A stretch of 64,000 nucleotides of DNA from Paraspadella gotoi (GCA_051294375.1 CM119264.1:28355940-28419939); one strand, 5' to 3'; numbered from the stretch's first letter, positions 1-12,618 are shown. Numbers and translations: made by a program. Notes: generated from the letters alone by a model not told the origin.

Positions 1-579
1 CTTCCGCCGCCGCCTCCCCCAGCACCGCCGCCCCCACGATCCTGATCGACGCTCCGACGACCGAAGCCACGGAGGAGAAAGGTAAAGTTTACAAAAATTA
101 TAAATTACAATGCTAACGGAGCTTAAAAAGCTAGATAGATTATAAAGCTGAAAAGTCTACAAAGCTTTCATAAATGATTAATTAGATGAATAGCTTTTAA
201 AGCTTACCAAAATAAAAAAAGATGGTAAAGCTTAAAGAAGAGCTTACCAAATTTACCAAAATTAGAAAGATTTCTAAAACTTACCAAGCTTACAGAAATA
301 ATCAAAGATCCGCTTTCCTTCTGCTTTCTTATTCCAGGCGACAAATTCATCGCGAAGGTGCTCCGGGAGCTCTTGAAGGAAGTGAAGTCGCTCCTCGGAG
401 ATTTGAAGAAGGAAGTCAAGAAGTTGGAGAAGTTGGGGAGGAAGTGGGACGAGGGAGACGACGAGGAAGAGGAGGACGAGGAAGAGGAGGACGAAGAAGA
501 TGGGGGACAGTATAAGAAGAACAATGGTTTTAATATTTTCAAAGGTTTTAAGACCTTGGCCAAATTCTCTAATATTTGA
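1..579 (+). CDS. 3' end of an orphan gene (5'-partial; exons <1-81, 338-579), prepropeptide-like: amphipathic helix, GRK, acidic tract
   Basis: Donor AAAG|GTAAAG after 81 and acceptor TTCTTATTCCAG| before 338 join in phase 1 to give SAAASPSTAAPTILIDAPTTEATEEK-G-DKFIAKVLRELLKEVKSLLGDLKKEVKKLEKLGRKWDEGDDEEEEDEEEEDEEDGGQYKKNNGFNIFKGFKTLAKFSNI*; AATAAA at 675-680. No family recognised. Confidence 0.7.
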
Positions 580-1928
580 GGGGATTTAGAGACAATGAGT
601 GAGAGAGAAAGAGACTGTATTTGTTTTTGTCCGATAAATGATAACTGTTAATCACTTAAATGTTGTTATTTTGAAATAAACTCTTTTTTTGGACGAAATG
701 AAATCGATTTTTTATTTTTGACTCAGGATTTAGCTATTTTTTATGGAAATTTTTTTAATCCAAATAGATTTTGAAATTTGCTTAGAAAACTGGATGTCAC
801 GATTATTAGATGAAATTTAATTTAAGCATAAATGTATAGTATGAATGGTAGTAGCGGCGGGCTGTCGTGAGTCACCTTGTATTTATTAAATAAATGGATA
901 TTTTTTATAGTGGTTGTACGAATTTCATAAGATAATAACCTAATCGACTTTGTTTTTTAAAATAACATTCTTTTCTTCCGCTAGAGACCGCGAGCGAACG
1001 CGCCGTCTCGCTTCGAAGAACGACAGACAGAAGAACATCGAGTTTTCCCTTTTCTTGGGGCCCAAGGGTGAGGATGAGGAAGAGTAGGATTCTGTAAAGA
1101 AAAAGAAAAAAAAAGCATCGAGTGCGAGAAAAGCAATAAACAAGAAGCCAAGAAAAGCAATAAAAGCAATAAACAAGAAGCCAATAAAAGTGAGTCAGTT
1201 GAGACAAGCGAAAACGAGAGCGGAAGCGTTGCTCCGCCTCTTGAGCCAAGCAAATTAAGCGTGAACGACAAGGACGTCGGTGAGACAATCACGGGGTCGT
1301 GAAGGTTAGAGAAAGGTGGGTGAGTTGAATCAGGTGAGAGAGAAGACTCGGGGCCGGGTAAATAAGGTTAATGATTTAATAATGATGAATAATAAAATAT
1401 GATAATATAATGTAATAAACTAACAGGTTTCACGAAGACTTGTGAATATAAGGGCGCTAAAGGTGGGGGCTGGAAGATGGACTATCAGTACTTCATACGG
1501 CCCTCGAGGCAGCCATTGAACGTGGTCCAGTTTGGAACGAGGCTTGAAGGTCTTTGCCACCCCTCAAGGCGTCTCACGGCTTCCTGCAGGGTAGGTAAGG
1601 GTCCTGGGAATGAGGCCGTACTAATGGCGTCATGGAGCTTGACGGTTGTAACTCAATGAGCACCGGGTCACAACAGGAAGTGTCATGGCTTTATTAGGAC
1701 CTATGGTAAGCTCAGCTACTAATTATAAGGTGGGGCTGAGCCTAGGTCAATGCGCTCGATGACAGACTTTGAAAAGGAAAGAGTTATCGAAAAGCTAAAA
1801 GAGACCGAAGGATTCAGTAGGAGAGACACAGGCATTATAGCATGAGAACCCGAAAGTTAAGAACATGGTAAATCACGATGGTTGGTGTGAGGAGATAGAG
1901 AGAGAGAAAGAGAGAGAGAGAGATGAGA

Positions 1929-1975
<47 letters not shown>

Positions 1976-2340
1976 TGATGAGGGAGAGAGGGAGAGAGAA
2001 GATTAAATTGTAGGTCCCGGCGTAATAAACGATTAAGCGAAACGGAAGATAATTAACGGGAGAAATGGCAGAAGAAATGAAGAGAAGGAAGGAGGAGAAT
2101 AGGTAAGTGAGGAAGGGTGGGAGGAGAGGAGAAACGAGGAGAACGATAGAAGGAGTACGAAATTATTGAGCTCCATTGATGAAATTAAGAGGTCATTGTT
2201 TGGCGGCGCTGGATTCGGGGTCGTCTTGGTTCCGGGATTCAGCGGGTGTGTGGTATGGGTGATGGAGGTAGTTGGCTGGGTGTTGGATTCGCTCGGAAGA
2301 GATGAGAGAGAGAGAGAGAGGAGAGAGGAGAGAGAGAGGA

Positions 2341-2379
<39 letters not shown>

Positions 2380-3027
2380 CCAGAAAGGAGATGACCTATT
2401 TTTTTTTGTGAGAATGTTTCAGAATCTGAAGGGGGGGCAATAAAAGCGACAATCTATACAAACTTTATGCATTAGATTTTGGTAAGTGATAGTAAAAATT
2501 AAAAGTCAGTGAGTCCTGGGGATTTTCGCGTGAGTTTGCGGACTGATTCCGTGACGAACGACGACGACCCGACGGACGACGACGACGTACGACGACGACC
2601 GAACGACGACAACGACGACGGTGAGATTGTTGATCTGACGTGAATTTAATTCTATTTGTCCAATGTCTAATGGGCTCTCTTTTCCGAGAGTGCCCCATTT
2701 CTATTCGTTCATCCCAAAATTATATTTTAACTATAAAATTTAATCTAAATATATTTTTTTATATATTCAGAACGAATGTGTCTCTACGAAAATCTGATCT
2801 CGGAATTTGGAGCCATCGTTTCCTTCGGCGTCAAGGATAACAACAACAACGACAACAACGACGACGACGAATGCGGAATTCAATTTTTAGTCTACGAAAA
2901 TCAAAAATTAGTTCGTTTTCAGGTTTAAAATAAATATTATTTTTATGTGTTAAAACTTTGCAAATTTGATTTCGACATTCTCTCTCTCTTTCTTTCTCTC
3001 TCTCTCTCTCTCTTCCTCTCTCTCTCC

Positions 3028-3058
<31 letters not shown>

Positions 3059-3158
3059 CGTCTGCTCTTCTTAAGTCTTTGACTGACATTGTGCATGACA
3101 ATACAAGGTGGTTATCTCCGTTCAACGGGATTTTGTGGTGAGAGCATCGGCGTCTAGA

Positions 3159-3245
<87 letters not shown>

Positions 3246-3370
3246 CTCTCCCTGTGTTGTGTTTGTTAAGAACCACTTTTAAAGGCGTTCGTCTGCTCGT
3301 GCGATGAAATGAAAGATCGTGTTGTTAATTAGATTACCAATCAATAAATAAATCATAAGTAATCAATAAA

Positions 3371-3418
3371 ATCAATCAATCAATCAAATAAATCAATCAA
3401 TCAATCAATCAATAAATT

Positions 3419-3486
<68 letters not shown>

Positions 3487-3742
3487 TTCCAACCCTTCCT
3501 AAGTCCACTCGTCACCTTCGATTGACGATCGATTCGCGTCCGGCGACAGTTTACGCTTTTTGCTTCGTCAACGACGCCGGTGGACGCCGCGACGACGCCG
3601 GTGGACGCCGCTCGGCGTCGCAGCCGGGCGGCGACAGCGACGGCGCCGGGAAACGCGATGAAGCGGATAAAGCAAAACACGGATGTGACCACAAGTCGGG
3701 GATAGACAGACAGACAGACAGACAGACACACAGACAGATAGT

Positions 3743-3839
<97 letters not shown>

Positions 3840-3851
3840 TAGATAGATAGA
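3371..3851. repeat. Tetranucleotide microsatellites: (AATC)n ~3371-3485 and (GACA)n/(GATA)n ~3701-3851
   Basis: Directly visible tandem arrays flanking a GC-rich, exon-like segment at ~3500-3700. Confidence 0.95.
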
Positions 3852-3985
3852 TTAATTAATAAATAGATGAATAATGAATGTTTGATATAATAGATACAGG
3901 AAAAATAGATAGATAGATAATTAGTAGAGAGATAATTCAATATATAGAAGATAGATATCCAGATTTTCTCACCCCTATCTCTCAG

Positions 3986-4024
3986 ACCGCGTGCGAGGAA
4001 AGTTCGTTTCTCTCTGCAGCACCT

Positions 4025-4059
<35 letters not shown>

Positions 4060-4564
4060 TCGATCGCGATTTGGTCAGATTTTTTCACGACGAACGATAA
4101 GCGATCTTTTTCCTGAGTTTTTACGAAATCAGCGTCAATGGATTCCGGTTATCGATTATCGCCTCTTTTATTCAGGTGAGTGTATGAGAGAGGAGAGAGA
4201 GAGAGAGAGAAGAGAAGAGAGAGTAGAGTAGAGAGAGAGATGAGATGAGAGACGAGACATTCATGGTAATCGATGAGAGAGAGAGAGACCAGAGAAGAAA
4301 GAAAAGAAATCTCCATTGAAAAATATATTCTTAAACTTTAAAGAGCGACGTAGCTTACTGATATCTTAATCGTCACATAAATTAATTTGAGCGGAAATGA
4401 GTAGCTTTCTGGAAAATAAAGCCCCATGTTTTCTCGTCAGGCGAACATGAAGGTCTGAGTCTGCCGGAATTCTCCAATTCTCGGATTTGGGGAACAAATC
4501 AATTTGGCTTCACTGCAGTGAGCGTCATTATCTGGTTCGTCGCCGTCGTGCAGGTATGAAGATG

Positions 4565-4596
<32 letters not shown>

Positions 4597-6080
4597 GATG
4601 GTGATGATGATGGCTGAAGAATGGGATGCTTGATGAGTGGGATGATGATGATATTGATGAGATGATGTTATGATGATAATATTGATAATAGATGTGATGG
4701 ATGATGCATATGATTATGATTATTGATAATAGTGTGATGATGATGATATGATGTGATCGATTAATTGATGATGATGCAGGGATGATTGATGGAGATAGAT
4801 ATGAAATGATATTTATGATATGATTATTGATTATGATGATTGATAGGATATATATGATAATGATATGATGGTGATGATTAGTGGATGATGATGATGATGA
4901 TGTAGATGATGATGTTGACAGGGAATGAAGATATGATGATCACGCATTTGATAACTATTATGATTGGATGGTAACGACGATGATGATGATGACTTCAGTC
5001 TCATTCCAGATGATGATGATGATGATGACTTCAGTCTCATTCCAGATGATGATGATGATGATGACTTCAGTCTCATTCCAAATGATGATGATGATGATGA
5101 CTTTCAGTCTCATTCCAATGATGATGATGATGACTTCAGTCTCATTCCAGATGATGATGATGATGATGCTTCAGTCTCATTCCAGATGATGATGATGATG
5201 ATGACTTCAGTCTCATTCCAGATGATGTGATGAGATGATGACTTCAGTCTCATCCAGATGATGATGATGACTCAGTCTCCATTCCAGATGATGAATGANN
5301 NNNNNNNNNNNNNNNNNNNNNNNGAGAGACGGAGAAAGAGCGACCGTATTTAGACTGATACCTTAACTCATATCTTAATCGTCACATAAAATTAATTTGA
5401 GCGGAAATGAGTAGCTTTCTGAAAATAAAGCCCCATGTTTTCTCGTCAGGCGAACATGAAGGTCTCTGAGTCTGCCGGAATTCTCCAAATTCTCGGATTT
5501 GGGAAACAAATCAATTTGGCTTCACTGCAGTGAGCGTCATTATCTGGTTCGTCGCCCGTCTCGTGCATGATGATGATGATGATGATGATGATTGATGATG
5601 GATGATGGTGATGATGATTAAATGATGTGATGATATGATGTGAAATTATGATGAGATGATGTTATGATGGATATATTTAATGATGGATGATGGATGATGC
5701 ATTAGATTATGATTGATTGATAATATTGATGATGATGATGATGATGATGATCTTATATGATGATGAGCAGAGGATGATTGATGGAGATAACATGAAATTG
5801 ATGATTGATGATATGATTATACTATATGATTGATTGATAGGATATATAGTGATAATGATGATCGATGGTGATGATTAGTGGATGATGATGATGATGATGG
5901 ATAATGACTTCAGTCTCATTCCAGATGACGGTAGTTCGTCGATTGGTTGGCTCTCGTCTCTCCTTCCTGGACTGGGTCGAGGAAGACGTCAAGTTCATGA
6001 AGCAACAACTCGTGGCCGAACTCACTTTACCGTGGAGATTCTTGGCGGCCGCTTGGAGGACGCATCGAAGGGTCGCTTGA
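3986..6080 (+). CDS. Unidentified small membrane protein (5'-partial; exons 3986-4175, 4441-4553, 5925-6080)
   Basis: Canonical AG/GT sites with matching phases (0/1/0) give TACEESSFLSAAP(R)nSRFGQIFSRRTISDLFPEFLRNQRQWIPVIDYRLFYS-G-EHEGLSLPEFSNSRIWGTNQFGFTAVSVIIWFVAVVQ-MTVVRRLVGSRLSFLDWVEEDVKFMKQQLVAELTLPWRFLAAAWRTHRRVA*. One hydrophobic segment (FGFTAVSVIIWFVAVVQMTVV). Upstream exons (~3500-3700?) not resolved. Confidence 0.65.
4360..5924 (+). repeat. ~1 kb local direct duplication across the 25-N gap (about 4360-5010 repeated at 5370-5924)
   Basis: ATCTTAATCGTCACATAAA...GTTCGTCGCC and the following degenerate (GAT)n tract occur on both sides of the N run at 5299-5323; the second copy of the exon has 1-2 bp indels and lacks the donor. 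Confidence 0.85.
4975..5298 (+). repeat. Minisatellite, ~9 copies, modal unit 36 bp: (GAT)n-GACTTCAGTCTCATTCCA
   Basis: CAGTCTCATTCCA (or a 1-nt variant) starts at 4996, 5032, 5068, 5105, 5137, 5172, 5208, 5245, 5273; the array runs into the N gap. Confidence 0.9.
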
Positions 6081-6120
6081 AGGATGTTGAGATGATAAAA
6101 AAATTCAACGAAAGAAGATT

Positions 6121-6690
6121 CTATCTTTATCCTATCTTTTCTATCTAATCTATCTTAATCCTATCTTTTATATCTAATCTATCTTAATCCTATCTTTTCT
6201 ATCTAATCTATCTTAATCCTATCTTTTCTATCTAATCTATCTTAATCCTATCTTTTCTATCTCATCTATCTTTATCTTATCTTTTCTATCTAATCTATCT
6301 TTATCCTATCTTTTCTATCTAATCTATCTTAATCCTATCTTTTCTATCTCATCTATCTTTATCCTATCTTTTCTATCTAATCTATCTTTATCCTATCTTT
6401 TCTATCTAATCTATCTTAATCCTAACTTTTCTATCTAATCTATCTTTATCCTATCTTTTCTATCTCATCTATCTTTATCTTATCTTTTCTATTTCATCTA
6501 TCTTTATCCTCTCTTTTCTATTTCATTTATCTTTGTCCTATTTTTTCTATCTCATCTATCTTTATCCTATCTTTTCTATCTCATCTATTTTTATCCTATC
6601 TTTTCTATTTAATCTATCTTTATCCTATTTTTTCTATCTCATCTATCTTTATCCTCTCTTTTCTAACTCATCTATTTTTATCTTCTCTCA
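6121..6690 (+). repeat. 29-bp tandem repeat CTATCTT(T/A)ATCCTATCTTTTCTATCT(A/C)AT, ~19 copies
   Basis: Directly visible; degenerates towards the 3' end; lies just after the stop at 6080. Confidence 0.95.
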
Positions 6691-7045
6691 TCTATTTTAT
6701 TCTCTATTTATTGTGTCGTTGATTTTTCATTGTTTTATTTTTTGTTGAAGTCATCATTATTGATAGTTGATTTTTATTTGTTTGTTAACGCATTTAAACA
6801 GATTTTGAAGATTAAATTGTAATCTTTTAATTCATTTGAAGCTCAAAAAAAATGGCTAGGGCCTAGGCCAACAAAAGACATTAGACAAAGAAGCAATTCA
6901 AAATTTTAAGATAAGATAATATAAGATAGTTAAATTTTGCTTTTGCAAAGAATTTTGTTACGGAAACTTTTAGGAAATACTTTGTCTCGTTAATGCTGTG
7001 AATCCACATGAAGTTATCTTTCAGCAATAGATGAAACGGCATCCT

Positions 7046-7776
7046 TTATTTCTCCCACATCCTGATGTTGCGGATGCTCGTCCATCCGTCCGATCTCCTG
7101 TTGGCCAAAACTCTAATCCCCAAGCAGCGAAACGCCTCCCTGATCTCGGGCTTGGCTCTGCAGTAGCGCACCTCCCAATAGTTCCTCCACGCCCGATCGG
7201 AGAGGTCTTCGCACAGCACGGTCCAATGAGCTTCGTCGTTGCAAGTTCCGTCGTTGCTGCCGACGAATTGAAAGGAAGATGGCGCTCCTTGCGTGGCTCC
7301 GCCCTCTTGCGCCGGCTGCAGAGAGACCTCGGCCGGTTTGACTTGACGTTTGAAGTCGTACCAGATCAAGACCGGAGGGTTATGAGCCGGAGCCTTTTCT
7401 GGACCCACGTGCCAACCCTTGTTGACTGGCTGCTGCTCCTTGAAGGCGATTTCGGGGCTCCATGCCGCGTTGTGATAACTCGTGGCCCCGGCTACTCCGC
7501 CTCCGAATTTGATTTCCTTTATGGTGGTTCCTTTTATTAAATTAATTTGAAATTATAAATATATAAATTACCTTGTGAATCTTCTTAAAGGCTATTTGAA
7601 ATTAAAGGATAATTTTATCTAGTGCGCGAAATCCTTTCAAGAATAACTTAAATGCATTAATTAGATAAAACTTTAATACTAATGTAGTATAGCTATGTAC
7701 CAGGAAATGGTTCGTTTGATTCCGCGATGGCGAAAATTAAAAAGAAAATTGGAAAAATTAAACACAATTTCTCCAT
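7046..7776 (-). CDS. Secreted single-domain discoidin / F5-8 type C (galactose-binding-like) protein, ~186 aa (exons 7776-7701, 7530-7046; possible 12-nt microexon 7583-7572)
   Basis: Exon 1 encodes a signal peptide MEKLCLIFPIFFLIFAIAES-NEPFP (phase-1 donor GTACAT). Exon 2 reads GTTIKEIKFGGGVAGATSYHNAAWSPEIAF...GWH...PVLIWYDF...PSSFQFVGSNDGTCNDEAHWTVLC...FRCLGIRV...WTSIRNIRMWEK*. The W-x-P-x2-AF, GW, IWYDF, P-x2-F-x-F-x-GSND...W and FR-x-L-x-I motifs follow F5/8C domain order. Confidence 0.8.
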
Positions 7777-9491
7777 TTTTTTTTTCCAATATTTTTTCTC
7801 GGAGATTAAATCAAGTTTTTTTTTAGAATACTGATTCACAAAAAAACGTACAAGTTTTTTTAGTTTTATATAAAGTAGAGTAGCACTTAAGTCTTGATAT
7901 TTAAGGGGATCAATATGCGGAACTTAAGAAATGAATTGATCCCGTAAATCTGTTTGACGCATATTATGAATCATTCTGAAATAAGGTGCGCTTTCTCAAA
8001 ATTTCGTAACCAGACGTGGTTATGTTGATGAATGATGATGACTCGTTATTTGTCGATTGTACGTTTACGAGTCCGTGTCATAAGCCTATCATTTAATCCT
8101 ATCATTTAAGTCTATCATTTAAGTCTCATATGTTTAGTTAATTCTCAAACAATATTTTAACTCCTCCAATCTTTCGGTGATAAGCCTACAATTTTACAAT
8201 GATATTGAATGCGTTTTATTTTGTGAATTTATACTAGAAATCTACTATGAAATTAAATTCAATAGGGGCGGGGATTCAAAACTTTAGTCTTGAAGTCTAC
8301 TTTTAGGTAAAAAAAGAATTTTTTAAAAAAGTTCGATTTTAATGCTTTTATTGTTGCTATTAAAATTACAATATTACTATATAATGATAAAAAATTTTTT
8401 TAATCAATCTTAACTTTTTTGATGGATTCTGATAGAGCATAAAAAGTTAAATAAAAAATTTAACTACAACTTTCGAAAATATTTATGTTCTCTTGGTCAA
8501 AATTAAGAAAAAGTAATAAAATAATCAAAAAATGATGATGATGATGATTATAAATAGTTTTTCATATTTTTCACATACTTATGATCAAAATATCGAAAAA
8601 AGAATTATACTTTGTGAAGACAACTTTTTGCAAGCTACCTGAATCTGATCTTAAAAATAAAAAAATCCAAACAAAATTTTTAGCTTTTCCTATTTATAAA
8701 TAAATATTAAAAAATTAATATATGGAGTATGGAGTAATATAACAAAATTTTGTCTATTCAAATTTTTTTAAAACTGTCTAAATTTTTGTTTGAGTAGGTG
8801 CTTAATTCAATTTCTTAACCACCTTATTGAGTTTTTTAAGTTTTTCTTTATTTTCAAGGATATTCCTGATAATCCTTATCGCGACTCTCAAATTTCATTT
8901 CGTTTCAATCGATTTTGAGAAAAATTCTCGCGGTTTTTTTTTTTCTGAAATCCGATAGCATTTTGGTGGTAAAAAAGTATTTTTATTCAAATTATCGCAT
9001 GAAAATAGTAAAATTAGTCGTTTGGGATGAGTCATAGCTTGACGTGGTTATTCTAAAATAAAGAACGTTAAAATAATTAACATATCAAGGCTAATAGTCA
9101 TTTTTTTAACCCTTTAAACTCTCACTCTTTCAATTAATGCTAACTTCCTCTCTTCGTTTTTTCTTCGATTATTTATTAAACTCGGGGAAAATCATCTTTC
9201 ACATCCTTCACGTCCTCACTTTTCTGCATTCACGTCAAATCGAATGACAATCACATCGATTTAATCTTTCTTCTTCATCCTTACCCCGTCACCCCGTCAC
9301 CCCGTCACTCTGTCCCACCGCATCTTCTTCTCTCTCTCTCTCCTCTATCTTCCATCGCACTTACCTCGCGATGTCTCACTGCGATCTACGCCTCACCACT
9401 CGCCCCCCCCCGTTTAATTCCTCTCACTCTCCGTCACATCAATTTTTCCTTTTCTAACGACGACGACGACGACGACCGACGGACAAATCAG

Positions 9492-11061
9492 AGGAGATCC
9501 GTATCCTCGCCAGTTTCATCTGCGCCAAAGGCGACGACGACGACGACGACCCGACGACAACGACGACGACGACGACGACGAGGTCCAAATTTCTAATCAG
9601 GCACGACAACCGGCAGCAGCCCCGACCCCAGCGCCAGGCAGATGCGACAGCCGCCTCAGCAGGCCGTGCTTGGGAGCGCGGACTTGCTACAGCCAGCATC
9701 CTCAGCAGCAAGCCGCCTCGATCTCCAAAGTTAAAAAAGGTGAGATTTGGAGGAAAGAGAGGGAGATGGAGGAAGGTTGTTGCAAGGGGTGGGGAAGAAG
9801 AAGAGGGAGGAGGGGCAAAAGGAGAAGGGAATTAAAGAGGAGAGGGAAGAAGGTAGGATAGGAAGGTAGGATAGAAAAGAAGAAGAGAAGAGAGAAAACA
9901 AAGAAAATAGCAGAAGAAAAAAAAGAAATGAAGAGAAGGAAAATAGGAGAAGGACAGAGAGAAAAGAAAAGAGACGTTGGTAAGGAAGAAGTGAAAAGAA
10001 AATAGGAAGAAAAAAAGTAAAGAAGTAGGACGAAGGAAAAAAAGGGAAAAGGAAGAAAGAGAAAAAAAAGGGCAAAGATTAAAAAAAAAAGAGTCTTTTT
10101 ACTTTAAGCCTAAGATTCAAAAAGAAAAGAAAAGAAATCAAAACTGAAGTCAAAACTGAAGAGACAGAAAAGTTGGAGGAAGAAAGTGAAAAAAAAAATT
10201 CGAAGTGAGACCATGATCGTCGTCGTCGTCGTCGTCATCGTCGTCACTGAACCTTTCGTCGTCATCGTCGTTCCAGTCGTCGCTGTCATCTTCATCATCG
10301 TTGTTACCGCCTTTTTGGCGTCTCGGGACCTGAGAGGGCGTTGGTCCTCCTCGTTTCTAATGTCCACCGACAGATGGCGGGAGACGCCGACGTCTCCGCC
10401 GCCTCCGCCGCCGACGCTGCCGGAAAGGATTCCAGACGATGGAGGCAAACGCCGATGCCATCTGGCGTCGAGCGGAAGAAAACCTCTTGGGAAAAAACAA
10501 AAGGAACGTCGGGGAATAAACTCGCAGTAAACGTTTTTCTTTTGCCTTTTTTTTTCTTTTTTTTCCCCTTTTTTTTAATTTCTTTCTTTTTATTTCTTTT
10601 TTTCTTTCGTGATCTCGTTCTGTTTCTCTGTCTCCATATTCGTCACATAAAAAAAATCAAGGACACATTTCAAACCAATTTTTGAAGTTTTCTGCTTTGT
10701 ATCTCTTTCGTACATGACCCGATTATACGCGAATTGTCCCACACTGATTGAAATTAAATACTCGCCTTGGTATTGTATTCATTCATTCATTCATTTCTTG
10801 CATTCCGAAACTATGGATATGACGTTATGCTTGCAACGGTTGGTTTAACCGGCCCGTTAATACCGTTGAACCGGGTGCCATTGGGTTCAGAGAAAAAGCG
10901 TCAGCCCACTGTGAGAGAATAATGTTATGAACTATACTGTGAGAGAGACTTGACTTGGGTTATTGTCTTTTAAGAGGGGACTTTGTAGCGTGAAGGGTCG
11001 TAACTTGAAATTTGTATATAAAGATGAGTAAAATGTATTTTGAACATCGAATAAAGGGGAA

Positions 11062-11099
<38 letters not shown>

Positions 11100-12137
11100 T
11101 CTGGTGGCAGAGAAGGATAAACGGATAAGAAATAAGAAATTTATGAGACGAAAGGACGAAGGAACCGGGTTATAATAATTCATGAATAATGATTAATGTT
11201 GATTAAAATGGAAAGCCGTTAGAATAGATAGAATCGATCTAGTCGGATTTGGATCGGGGAGTTAGAAAAAAAAACGCCAAATCGGCCTTATTTTCCCATA
11301 ATGCCCCATTTCATCGTAAAATCGTAATTTAATTTTTTTAGTTAAATAAGGTTAAAGGTTAGGATTAAGGATTAAGTTAAAGTTAAGCGACTTTTTTGTG
11401 ATTAGGGTTAAGATTTGGATTAGGGAAAGGGTTAGAGATTAAGGTTGAAAATTAGAGCTAAGAGTTGAGGGTAAAGGTTTAGGATTATTTTTGAGTTTAG
11501 GATTAGGGTTTAGGGTTAGGGAAGGGATCTTGGTTATATATATATTATATATTTAAGTTAAATCATATAGTTTAAACAGAAATGGGGCACTCTCGGAAAA
11601 GAAAAAACAAACTAAACAAGACAAGGACGAATTCCCGGTTTCAACGTTCTTCCATTTTTTTTTCTCTTTTGAGTAAATAATCCGACAACAAATTATTTGC
11701 TTTTCTTTCCATCTGATCTTTTGTCTCACTTACCTTTTGTTCCCAAAGTTCTCTGCTCACGACTTTTCCCTTTTTCCCTTTTCCTTTTCTTTCCTCCGTT
11801 CCTTTTTCTTTTCAAAATCTTCTTCCTCTCTTTTCCTTTTTTCTTCCTTTTCTTTTTCCTCCGTTCATTTTTCTTTTCAAAATCTTCTTCCTCCCATTTC
11901 CTTTTTTCTTCGTTTTCCTTTTTCCTCCATTCGAAATCTTCTTTCTCCCTTTCCTTTCCTCCAACGGGTCGCAGAGTTCCAACTCGTCATGTCTTATCTT
12001 CNNNNNNNNNNNNNNNNNNNNNNNNNTTTTCTTCCCCTGCGGGCAAACGGTTAAGACGCCCGTGCTACCCGTGAATGGGCCCCAGGTTTCTGCCGTCTTT
12101 TTTTTACCATTTACGCAACCGTACGAACGACGACGAA

Positions 12138-12170
<33 letters not shown>

Positions 12171-12569
12171 TAGGAGATCGTCGAACGTCGATCGCTTCGA
12201 TTTTCCCTGGGTCGTCATGGAAACGGCTTTGAATCCTTGGTAAACAAAAACTGAATCGCCTTTGTGAAATTATCGACGAGTAAACGAGGTAAAGGATAGA
12301 AAAGAAGGATTGAGAAACGGATCCGAGCATGAATGGAATGGAAATTCTCATAATCAGCGTAAAATATATGAGTTTGTGAATTGTGAACTGCGCACCGTGA
12401 ATCGTGACTCTGTGTGTGTGTGAAATGTGAGGAGCGAAGTGTGAACGCTGTGAACCGTACACATATATACGATTGAGACGTAATATTTTTAACATGTAAT
12501 TGGTCATATAGCAAGGAGATCAAGTTTAAGCTAGAGTAGAGAGAGAGAGAGGAGAGAGAGGAGAGAGAG

Positions 12570-12618
<49 letters not shown>

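Noticed and set aside
900-2300. Possible decayed non-LTR retrotransposon or small minus-strand gene
   Set aside because: Only short stop-interrupted frames; no recognisable RT or endonuclease motif and no phase-consistent exon chain.
4975-5298. CRISPR-like appearance of the 36-bp array (also the 27-bp array at 36599 and the 29-bp array at 6121)
   Set aside because: No unique spacers, no cas genes, eukaryotic intron/exon context.
7031-7540. Long antisense or alternative-frame ORFs (7031..7540+, 36590..37018-, 49420..49896+, 55035..55511+, 61024..61608+)
   Set aside because: Shadows of GC-rich real exons on the opposite strand.
11349-11524. True telomere or chromosome fusion site
   Set aside because: Short, highly degenerate, single orientation and enclosed by inverted termini.
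2678-11602. Perfect 25-bp inverted repeat 8.9 kb apart as TIRs of one large gene-carrying transposon
   Set aside because: No target-site duplication or transposase, and the right copy already pairs with a nearer partner at 11291; better explained as two insertions of a small element family.
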